A stretch of DNA of 64,000 bases, taken from NCBI RefSeq assembly GCF_016433145.1, contig NC_058134.1:197495804-197559803 (forward strand), read 5' to 3'. This DNA is from Gracilinanus agilis (taxonomy: Eukaryota). Shown here piece by piece: positions 29,501 to 41,500 of this stretch. Numbering within the stretch: the stretch's first letter is position 1; each line of letters opens with the position of its first letter. The translations under genes and the position numbers were made by a program. Under the pieces are notes generated by a model. The model was not told where the DNA came from, made no database searches, and saw only the letters and a list, made by a program, of their open reading frames with translations.

Positions 29501-32500
29501 CAACACAGCTATTGAAGTGTTTCCCTAAAGCATAGGTCTGATCAGGTCATTCCCCTTGCTTAATAGGATGAAAATTAACTCCTCTGTTTGGCATTTGAAG
29601 CCCTTCCCAGCCTGACCTTAATTTCTCTTTCCATCTTCATTGTCCATTACTCCCAGGGAGCATGAGCTGGAGTCACTGGTCCATGAGAGCTGATTGTTAA
29701 ATTTTCAGCATGAGCATGGCAACAAATCAAGGCTTGCTTTATTTCTTTATTGGTTGTTTAGTTTCTAAAAAGTGATGAGGGGCAGCTAAGTGAGTCAGTG
29801 GATGGAGAGCCAGACTTAGGTGGTTCTGGGTTCAAATGTGGCCTCAGATCCTTCTTAACTGGGTGACTGTGAGCAAGTCACTTAACCCCAGTTGTCTAGA
29901 CTTTACCACTCTTCTGCCTTGGAATGGAATGTTAGTGTTGATTCCAAGATGGAAGGTACAGTTTTTTTTTTTTTAGACCCTTAACTTCGGAGTATTGTCT
30001 CATAGGTGGAAGAGTGGTAAGGGTGGGCAATGGGGTCAAGTGACTTGCCCAGGGTCACACAGCTGGGAAGTGGGAAGGTACAGATTTTTTAAAAAGTGGT
30101 AGAGAAAACTTTCATATTATGCTGATTGTGTGTTTATATATATATATGTACATATGTATAAACTTCATATAGTTTATACACATTTTTTCCAGAATCAGTT
30201 GTTAAATATTTACCAGAATACCCTTCAGTCTATCCAAACTGGCCTCTTTGGTGATCCTCACACATGCACCACATTCTGTCTCCTGTCTACATCTCTCTAT
30301 ACTAGCTCCTATGCCTGGGATGCTCTCCCTCTTCATTCCCACATCCTAGAATCTCCAGCTTCCTTCAAGGCTCAGATTGCATGTCACCTCCTCCACAGGA
30401 CATAGCATCATGGAACTCCGAGACCAATTGGTTCAACCCCAACTGAGGCCAAGAGGAAGGTTACTTACCAGAAATCATGCAAAAGCTTTTCCTTCCTGAT
30501 TTATGTCCCCTGGTCCCAACTAATTTCCTCCCCAAATGTTGCAAATTGGAGAAGACCTTAAATACTTAGAGGCAATAGGGAACCTATTTGGTTTTGGAGC
30601 AGGGGAGTGGTAGAGTTAGACCTGTGCATTAGAAGGTTCTTTGGACAAATGTGTAGAGAATAGACTGAAGATCATCCTTTCCTACTCCCCGAATTGTTCC
30701 TGCCCCCACTATATCGACTTTATTTGTGATTTCACTCCTAGTGGGGAATTCTTCTAATATCAACAAAGAGCAGCTAAGTGGCAAAATGGATAGAACACTA
30801 AGCCTAGAGTTAAGAGGACCTGAGTTCAAATATGGCATTGGAGACTTATTAGCCATATGACCTTGGGAAAGTCACTTATTCCTGTTTGCCTCCATTTTCT
30901 CATCTGAAAAATGAACTAGAAAAGGAAATGGCACCCCCCCCATACCTTTCCCAAGAAAACTCCAAATGGGATCATGAAGAATCAGACAAGACTGAACAAA
31001 AAATAGCAAAACTATTGATGAGCTAACAATCTGAAATTCATAGACTTTATCATAGAACACTGAGCATCTAAATGGTTTCTCTGAGTGGTATAGCTGGTAT
31101 GTATCTGAGGTAGGACTTGAATCTTTGGCATCACAATGCCTCTTTTCTGGCATCTAAGAGGAATTTAATAAATATTTATTCATCTATACATTTATTCGTG
31201 CTGTGTTCTAGACAACTGGTCCATCAAATTTAGTCCCCATGCCGGCTCTTGGCCAAGATCCCCAGGCTAGGGCTTTCTGTTGTAGATTTTAAAATTAATA
31301 TCCAGTACTCCAAGTATAATATTTAATAAGATTTATTAATATTTAGCTTGGAGCAAAAGGAAACTAAAAAGGCTAGAGAAAGAGAGAAAGAGCTCTCACT
31401 CAAGCAACTCACGTGGAAGAGAGTATGAGAGAGGCGTTACCCAAAACTTATATAAAATCATGTAAACAGAAAGGAAAAGGGAATTTTGGGGCAAGGGAAG
31501 AATTCTGGGAGATGAAGTCTAAAGGATACAAAATTTCCTGATGCGCTGTCTTGTCCTTTTCTTTTCTTCTTTCCCATCCTCTATTTCTCCCTTTAAGTCT
31601 CTGTTTTTGGGTTATCTTGGCGTCTGTCTTTCTGGCCCAGTTTCCTTCCCTCTGCTCCATGGGCTAAAGCTCCTTCTTTCCTTTTCATCTCCTAGAGTCT
31701 TCAGAAGCAGGAGGTGAAGAACTTATATGATCGGCATGAAGGGCAGAGACCTGAGAATAAAAGCAAGAACCGATACAAGAACATCCTGCCCTGTGAGAGC
31801 CCACCAGGATCCCCCTGGAGCCTTTAGCCCCCTCTCCACCCTCAAAACTTCCAGCCCCACCACCCATCCCCTGTGGGGTCTGCAGCTCCTCCTCCTCCTC
31901 CCACTGGGTCTCACTCAGATCTCTGGGTCTCCTCTGTGGAGTCAGTTCCTTCCTTCTGTAAATCTGAGCCAACGAGGGGTTTCAGGCAGCCCAACACCTC
32001 TAGCCCAATTCCTAGGATCTAATTAGGATGAGGTTCAGCTTCTCTTCATGTCTCACTCCCTCAACTATGTCTTCCCCTTTAGTTGATCACACCAGGGTGA
32101 TCCTGCAAGGTCGGGACAGCAACATTCCAGGGTCTGATTACATCAACGCCAATTATGTCAAGGTCAGTGTCTGGGCCAAATCTGGGGCCATGGAGGGAGG
32201 AGCAGTCGTGGGTCTTTCTCCTCGGGGTACTCGTGGACCGGCCAGGGGAAGCAGCATATACAGGCATGATACAGACTTGAGCCTGGGACAAACAGAAACT
32301 CTGATGAGGATGTGGCCAGAGGCCCCAGGTTTCTGTGTCAGGCGCTGCTCCGAGAGATGGAATCCTGAGCTGTGCCGGTCCACAAGCTTTATGAAAGACG
32401 TCCTAGATGCCAGGTGCTGGGCTAAGTGCTGGAGATACAAAGAAAGATAAAAGAGAATCCCTGCCCTCCGGCCGTTCACAGTCTAACGGACCAATTGCTT

Positions 32501-35500
32501 TGTCTGTCCTTGAGCACAGAACCAGCTGGTGAGCGCAGAGGAGAATGCCAAGATCTACATCGCCAGTCAAGGTTGTTTGGACGCCACAGTCAATGACTTC
32601 TGGCAGATGGTGTGGCAGGAGAACTCCCAAGTTATCGTCATGACTACCCGGGAGGTGGAGAAGGGTCGGGTACGGTGCCTACTTCAGAAATTGTGCTCCA
32701 TTTCTCCTCCTCCTCCTCCGCTCCTTCTCCATCACTCCTCTTCCTCCACTCCTCCTCCTTCACGCCTTCTCTTCTCTCCCTTCTTCTCAAGCTTCCTGAT
32801 CTCTTCTCTCCTCTCAACCTCAACTCAGGTCTGACTGCTTCTAGTCTAGACTACATCTACCATAAAAGACCTCGGAGCTTAGAAGGGATCTTGGAAATTA
32901 TTTAAAGCCTGGCAGTAGCACTAAACTGAACTTGGGCAGTTAGCCCAAATTAAATTTTTATGGATCGATAAAACTTTTATTACCCCAAATCCTGATTTCA
33001 CAAAACCTATTCACTTAAAAAATGGACCTTTTATTTTTCTTTTCCCTTTTTTCTTCCTTCTCCCTGCATCCCTCTCTACATCCCACTCCCCTATCGCTTC
33101 CCATATTTAATGCCTGAGCTACTTAGAAATGCAGCAGGATTGGTCCAGGGGAGAGAATTCATTCACTCATTCACTCATTTATTTAAGAGATAAGGTCTTT
33201 ATGCATTTTTATGACCAAAACAAAACTATGGAAAGCTATAGAATGTAGAAATGCCATTTGGAGTAAGAGTTAAAGGAAGCAGGGCAACTAGGTGGTAGAG
33301 TGCCAGGGCTGGAGTCAGGGACACTCCTCTTCATGAATTCAAATATGGCCTCAGACACTAACTGTGTGACCTTGGACAAGTCACTTAATCCCATTTACTC
33401 TAGTTTCCTCATCTGTCAAATGAACTGGAGAAGGAAATGACAGACCACTCCAGTATCTGTACCAAGAAAACCCCAAGTGGTATCACAGAGTCAGGCATGA
33501 TCGAAAAAACGACTAAACAACCAAAATGAAAGCTTTAAAAAAAAAAAAAAGGGTTAAAGTAAGCATAAGAATTTAGCTTTACCTAAATATATTCCTTAAT
33601 AAATTCTTTTTTTTTTTAAACCCTTGTACTTCGGTGTATTGTCTCATAGGTGGAAGATTGGTAAGGGTGGGCAATGGGGGTCAAGTGACTTGCCCAGGGT
33701 CAAACAGCTGGAAAGTGGCTGAGGCCGGGTTTGAACCTAGGACCTCCCGTCTCTAGGCCTGGCTCTCACTCCACTGAGCTACCCAGCTGCCCCATAAATT
33801 CTTAATAAAGTCCAAGGTCAGAGACCTTGCCAGGGTATTTCCTCTGCCTGCTCCTTTTGGGAAGAGCATTTAGGAAACAGATCCCAAATATAATTGGATT
33901 GGGTTTGGTCTGGAAAACACTGACCAAGTCCAACTCTCAATTTACAGATGAAGATGCTGAGGCTCAGCAATGTCCAGGTTCATTATTGGAAAAGTCAGGA
34001 TGAAAACGTCTTTTGGGTCTGAAATGAGATGGTTTATGCCAGTCCAGTAGCAGCAGGCAGTAAGGGCTTTAGGGCAACACAGTACCTCCAGCCCAATTCC
34101 TGTGATCCGATTAGGACGGAGGCTTCACTCCCCTTCACTTCTCCTTCCTCACAAGTTGTCTTTCCTTATAGCTGATCATCCCAGGTGATCCTTGCAAGGT
34201 GGAGATAGCCACATCCCAGAATCTGATCAACAGGCAGCAAGCTAATGTTCTCATTAGGCTGTACCTCTTGAGGACAAGGGGCTGCCATTTTTTGGGTCTT
34301 CTCTAGAGATTTGGCCTTGAAGGAGACCTTGAATGTAGTCTATTCTGAATGCTCCCCTCGAACTTCTGCCTCTGTGCTTTCCATGGCACCAGGTTGCTCC
34401 GTAGCCTCTCAGCCAGCCACAGGTATAAGGTATTTGAGAAAGTAGTTAGTCCTGTTGAATCCTGCTCTGTCCAGCTCTTCTCCCTTCTCTTATTTCCTCT
34501 CTCTCTTATTTCACTGCCATTTTCCTCCTTCTCTCCTCCCAGAACAAGTGTGTCCCTTATTGGCCTGAAGTTGGGACCCAGCGATCCTATGGTCTATACT
34601 CTGTTTTCAATTGCAAAGAGCACGATGCCCCTGAGTATAAGCTCCGCTACCTGCAGGTCTCCCCCCTGGACAATGTAAGTGACCCCAGAGCAGAGAGTCC
34701 CTTGGTCTGCCCGGTTGGGGAAGAGATCTTGGGTTCCTACTCAATCCCCTCAAATCCTCACCAAGAGGGAATGTAGTGGTGGTGGGAACAGCTGGGTGGC
34801 TCACTGACTAGAGAGTCAAGCTAGGAGACTGGGGTTCCTGGGTTCAAATCTGGCCTCAGACATTTCCTAGCTGTGGGACCCTGGGCAAGTCCCTTAATCC
34901 CAGTTACCTAGCCCTTGCAGCTCTTCTGCCTTGGAACCAATACTTAGTCCTGATTCTAAGACAGAAGGTAAGGGTTAAAAAAAGAAAAAGAGGGAGTAGG
35001 GAGGAACAAAATTGGGGCTTCCTCATGATTGGTGAGAGCAAGGGGAGTGGGTACCAATGCTCTTGTGCCCTGCCTCAGGGGAACTTGGTGAGGAAGATCT
35101 GGCACTACCAGTACCTGAGCTGGCCTGACCATGGGGTGCCCAGCGAGCCCGGGGGTGTCCTCAGCTTCCTGGACCAGATCAACCAGTGCCAAGAGAGTCT
35201 GCACAATGCAGGACCCATCATAGTACACTGCAGGTGAGATGGATCCCCATCCATTGCTTAACCTCTGTGGGAGCATCACAGGGCATGAGCGTTTGGAGAA
35301 GGAGGGTGTGTATTTGAACCTCTGCTCCTTGTGGGAGTTTGGGCAAGTGGCTTCACTTGTCTGGGCTTCAAATTCAACTTATCAGTCAGTCAACAAGCAT
35401 TTATTAAATATCTGCTGTATGCCAGGCACTGTGCGAAGTGATGAGGATGCAGGTTGGAGGAAACAGTCCTTATCACCGGGAAATTTTATATTCTGTCACT

Positions 35501-38500
35501 GGACATCCCCAAGGACATGTCTAAGTACTGAGAAAAGAAATACAAGGTTCTTGGGGTGGAGGGTGGAGATTGTGGGGAGGAGAAGGGAAGGAGGTCCAGG
35601 GATGTGGAAAGAAGTGATTAACGGATTCTGCAAGGCAGAGATGTAGAAGGAGTGCATTTCAGATGTGGGGTGCTGCTATTGCAAAGGTCCAGTGTTGGGA
35701 GATGGCTGGACAGTAAGAGTTTGGAGCCTGGATAATCAGGGCTAGCCAGAGGAGTTTGTATTTGATCCCCCAGCAGGAAGGTTCTTCACCTTTCCTGTGT
35801 CCTGGAGCCCTTTGACCAATGTGCAGAGGCCTAGGGACCCTTCTCAGAATAACATCTGGAGGGGAAAGCAATTATAATCAAAAGAAATGCTAAGTTTCAG
35901 TGAGAGGTTAGAGAAAATGAAGATGGAATTTCTTTCCACCGACCTCTTAGGAATCTGTGGACCACACGGCCAGAGCTCTAGTCCTATTTTTTTTTCTTTT
36001 TGTTTTGTCATCTGAGGCCTTCATCTATGATTTCAATAATATTGGAAATTCTAGGAGAAAGTTCCCCCTGTCAAATCCAGTCAGCACCTGCCTTGTTATT
36101 TGGAGTCTTCCAGAGTTGCTTAGAACACTGAGAGTTTAAGTGATTTCATTAAGCAAATCTTTTTCATTGTGAAATTAGAGATGATCAATAAGTATTCATA
36201 TACAAATGAGAAAAAAGGATTTTATATAAAGCTTGAACGTTCAATGACTTCCCCAGGGTCATGCAACCTGTATGGATCAGTCAGGACTCAGATCTAGGTT
36301 CCCAGGCCAGTCCTCTACCCACAACCCCATGCAGACTGCTGATCTTAGAGGTGGAATCCGTAAAATGACAGTGGTGTCTAGGATCCATTCTAGTACTAAA
36401 TCTTATGCCCTGGAGCTTGGGGACCCTCTAGACTAAACTGTAATCCCCCAAGAGAAACCCTCCCTTTTCCTGAAGAACCTTCCTTTGGAGAGCTCCTGCC
36501 TGACCCCAGCTCTCTTTGTCCTTTTCTCTGAAGCTGCAAAGGTTGTAGGTTCTACCACTGCCTTTTCTGAATTTCTGTTGAAGCCCCAGGACTTGCTCAA
36601 TCTGCTCGGTCTTACCTAGAACTCCCCAATCTGGACTCTGCAGGAAGAAGTGTTCCCCACAAGAGCCTTCCCTTCCCTTTCCCCTTCCCTTTCCCCTTCC
36701 CTTTCCCTTCCTCATCCCCTTCCCCTTCTTTTTAAAAACAAAACCCTTACTTTCTGTCTTAGTATCAGTCCTAAGACAAAAGACTAGCAAGGGCTAGGCA
36801 ATTGAGGTTAAGTGACTTAACCAGAGTCACATAGCTAAGAAATGTCTAAGGTTAGATTTGAACTCAGGACCTTTTGACTGACATTCTACACTGGCTACTT
36901 ACCTGTCCCTTTAATTACTATCTATTGAGAATTTAGAAAAGAAGGCTGAAAGGGACCTCAGAGGTCCTTAGGTTTAGATTTCAAGCCCAAAGGAAGCTTG
37001 GACTCTATTGCATCAAGCTTTCTTTTAACAGACCAGGAAATGGAGTCTCAGAGAACTTACATGATTTGCCCAAGGTCACATAGTAAGTAGCAGAACCAGT
37101 ATTTGAACCTGTATCCTCCCGTTATCCTCATGCTCTGCCTCCGTGTGAGAGGTGGGATGATGGACTCCCCCGGGAGTCCTCCTGCTTACTGTTCTCATCC
37201 TCGTGGAGATGCCATTCTGGCCTGAACCAGAATTGGTCCACAGTAAGGTCCTCTAGCTAAGTACTTTATTCCTGGGGCAAAAAAATCAGCCGTGGACACA
37301 GAATTGAGAGTAAACTCTGCCCTTTGCTAACTGCATAGTCTTGAGCAAATCATCGTACATTCTCTGCCAGGAGACTGTAAACTCCTTGAGGGCAAAGACT
37401 ACTTTTTTTGGTTTGTTTCTATTTCTGTTCTTGTATCCCCTGTGCTTTCTGAGCAGGAGGCACTTAGCCAGTGTTTGGGGGGGCATTGAACTGAGTTGAA
37501 TTAGGACCCCGTGTCCTCCAATATTAGATGAGATTTGGATCTCTAAGAGTTGACCAAGAAATCAGGTCATGAACCCAAATTCAATCAAGCTTGAGGTTTC
37601 ACACAAATCGGGCAGGAGATGAAGGAGAACTGGGGTGCATTTTGTCATAAGCTCCTTTTTGTCAGTGCCAAACCCCAAGTCGTCCCTCAGACTGTGGGGT
37701 TACATGATTTCTCTTCTTTCACTTCCTACGTGACCAGCCTTCTGTTTGGAAACTTGGGGTGGGGAGAGAGAGATGGTGGTCATAAGAATTTAGAGGGAAG
37801 GTCTAGGATTGGAATTTGTACGAGAGCCCACCAGCTTCGGTGCCAAGGATCCAGACCCCAGTCCTCATCCCTGAGGGGGTTTGGGGGCATCCTCGGTGCA
37901 GGGGGAGAAGGAACCTACCCAGAAGCCACCCTTCTTGCCAGTTCCCTGGAGCAAACTTTTCAAAATCCCCCTGGTCTTTATTTAGACGTTACAGGAAGGA
38001 AGTGGGTGAAGTTATTTTTGACAGACTGGGTTTGAAATTAGACGGTGTGACTCAGGCCACCAGCTTGTCGGATCTAGTAAGATGGGGGAAGGGACTGGGA
38101 GCCCGTCCACCTGGCTTCTGGGGTTCCTCAAAGTCAGGCTGGAAGGTTGGAGTCGAGTTGGATCCTGGCTCCTTCCCTGGAGCTCCATGACAAAGTCCAC
38201 CTTCTGGTTCCCATTCTCCCAAAGAACAGCCTTCCCGTGAGGCTTGGGGGGGAAAAAAAGGGAAATGAGATTTTCATAAGGAGGAAAACCCAAAAGCAAG
38301 CCTCAAAGGCACAGCACGCAGACAGTCAAACCCCTCAGAGAGAGGAAAAAAAGAAGCGTGGAATTCTGGGGTGAAATAAGGCATGGTGGAAGGGTGATGA
38401 GGAGAACTGGGGTGGGGGTGAAAGTCATTAAGGAAACTGGCTGAGGGGGGTTCCCAGTGGGACAGGGAGGAAGTGTGGAGTTGAAGGAGGATTCCAAGAG

Positions 38501-41500
38501 CTGGGATCAGAGCAGATTCTGCCCAGACTGGAAAGGAGAGGCTGGAGCCAAAGGAATGAGAGGAATGGACTCAGTTTCTTTATCTGTTCAAACAAGTGAG
38601 TTTATCTTTAAATTAAAGAGAGTCGGCGTGTGTTAGTGGATAAATACTGGGCTTGGAGTCAGGAAGAACAGTTGCTCTGTGGCTCTGGACACTTCCTTCA
38701 ACCTCCATTTCTCCATAACTAAAATGGGCATTAGAGCTGCAGCACTTCATAAGGCTATCGTGGGACTCCAGTTAGATAATGGATATAAAACCATCTGGAG
38801 GCTTTAAAGTGCCTTTTTCAGTTCTCATTGTCATTAATGCAACAAACGTACTGTCTGCGTACTGTTCCCAGCAATGGGGGAAGTAAAAAGTTGAGATAAA
38901 TGGATGAGTTCACACCTTCCTCTTGGCAAGGCACAGACCAGATTACATGATACACAACATTAAGTGATAAATAGTATAAAACGAAAATGCAAACTTTATG
39001 AAAGGGTGTGAGATCTTGAGTCTAGTGAGAACTTCGTGGAGGGGGTGTGTGACATTTGAATTCGGCTCTGAAGAATTGACCCTGGCCTCCTTGCTCTTCC
39101 ATGACCAAGACACTCCATCTTGGAAAATACAGTATTTTCTTTTCTTTTTGTTAGTTAATGTTTCTTTTCAGGTTTAAATTTTCTCCCTCCTCACACCACT
39201 CCCCCAGCCATGGAGAAGGCAAGAAATGTGGTGTCCATTCTAATAGGGAAGTCATTCACAACGTATTTTTTCACATTAGCCATGTGGTGAAAAAAAAAAA
39301 CAACCAAGAGGTCCATTGGGTCTCTTTCTGGAGGTGGAGAGTGTTTGTTTAGAATTGTTGTGGATTGGTATGTTAGTCAGAGTTGCTAAGTCTTTTCACA
39401 GTTGATTATCATGATAATATTGCTGTTACTGTGTACAGTATTCTCCCAGTTCTGCTCACATTCATAAAAATCTTCCCAAGTTTTTCCACTCTGGGAATTT
39501 TCTCTGCTGCTCCCTTGCTTGGAATGCTGTCCCTCCTTTGCTGTATGAACTGACCTTTCTGGCTTCCCTTAAGTCCCAACAAGAATGTTACCTCCCATAG
39601 GAAGCCTTCCCCATCCCCTCTTAATTCCAGGGCCTTCTATCTGGTAATTATTTCCTACTATTTAGCTTGTCTCCCATAAGATTGTAAGCTCTTGAGGGCA
39701 GGGACTGTCTTTTGCCTCTTTTTGTATCCCCAGAGCTTAGCACAGTGCCTGGCATGTAGTAGGCAGAACTAGCACTTAATCAATGTTCAGAGATTGATTG
39801 TTCACCCGACAGAGGGAGGATGCTCCAGGTATGATCAAAGGACTTGGCAAAAATCTCACAGCCAGGAAGACCCGAGTTCAAATCCTCCTTTTGGCCCATA
39901 CCTCTATGTGAGTGACCCTGGTCAAGTGTCCTCATGAAGTGTTCCCAGGCAGCTTGTTAAGACTTTTAAGTTATAAAGCTGGTGTTCTCCTGCCTTGGTA
40001 GAGGGAGTATCCTGAGGAGAAAGTCTCCCCTGTCAATGGAATCACAAATCTAGTACAAAAAAAATAATAAAACAAAATAAAGAACTTGGTGACCTCTAGG
40101 GCCATTTCAAATTCTAATATCTCTTTTTTTAAATATAATTTTTATTTTAAAAAATATTTTCTAATCTCTTTTGAAATAAACAATAAAATCAGGTAGCAGT
40201 CCTCACTCAAATCAGACTTAACTGAAATCAGGAGGAAGCAGGAAGGAAATCGTCTGAGAATTAAACAATTAATATACCCACCTTCTTCTCTGAGATCATG
40301 CCTAGAAAAAGAGAACAAGTTGTAGAGGGGCTGGCGGCCTGAGACCAAATTTGTATGAGAATCACGGAGTGGGTAAAGAGGTTTTGTCAGAAGCAGGCCA
40401 AAATCCAGGCTCTGCCTTCTCAGCCCTTCACCGTAGCTGCCTTCTGTCTGTCTGTCCCTCATGCCTCCCTTCCTTTCCTGTTCAGCATCTGAGGGCAGCC
40501 CAAAGTCAACTGACCCTTCAATGACTGATTTCCACCCCTTTTCCCCTTCTCCAGCGCTGGCATCGGACGGACGGGAACCATCATCGTTATTGACATGATC
40601 ATGGAGGCCATTTCTACTAAAGGTGAGGGGTTCAAGGAGGAGTATCTGTTCTTCCTGGGTCTTTCCCTCCTCTGCCTCGGCCCTATGTGGATGTAATTGC
40701 CCCGATGTCCAGACAATCCCTTCCTGGGGTGAGAAGAGGAGATTGGGTGGGCGTCCGGGGTGCTGACGAGGGGTCCTTCCCCATCCCAGGTCTGGACTGT
40801 GATATCGACATCCAGAAAACCATCCAGATGGTCAGGGCGCAGCGTTCAGGGATGGTGCAGACAGAGGCCCAGTACAAGTTCATCTACATGGCCATCGCGC
40901 AGTTCATCGAGACCACCAAGAAGAAACTGGAGGTCTTGCAGGTAGGAGCTGGGGGTCGTGACGATGCTCCCAGGCAGGAGCTGGCCACTTTGGGGTGGAT
41001 GGAAGGGCCAGGCTCGCTCTCGCCACCCTTTCTCCCAGGCGCAGAAGGGGCAGGTGGAGTCCGAATACGGGAACATCGGCTACCCCCCAGCCATGAAGAA
41101 CGCCCATGCCAAGGCCTCCCGGACCTCCTCCAAGTGAGTGATTCTCCCCCTTTCAGGGGACTCTGTATCCCAACTCGGCTTCCATTTTCCCATTGTTTTT
41201 GTTCAGTACTGTCTGACTCTTTGTGATCCCACTTAGGATTTCCTTGACAAAGATATGTGGAATGCTTTGGCATTTCCTTCTGCAGCTCATTTTATAGATG
41301 AGGAAACTGAGGCAAAAAGGGGAAAGTGATGTGCCCGGGATCACACAGTCAGAAAGTGTCTGAGGCCAGATTTGAACTTGGGTCTTCATGGCTGCTCCAG
41401 GCTCTATCCGCTGTACCACCTAGTTGCCCCTGCTTTCCATGGGTTGCAGTTAAACATTATTCAAGGGGGAAAAGAGGAGGACTAGATCCCATAGTCTTTT

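Noticed and set aside
32700-32830. (CCT/CTT)-rich tract; similar simple repeats at 17793-17910, 36667-36727, 41540-41660
   Set aside because: Ordinary low-complexity sequence with no added structure seen
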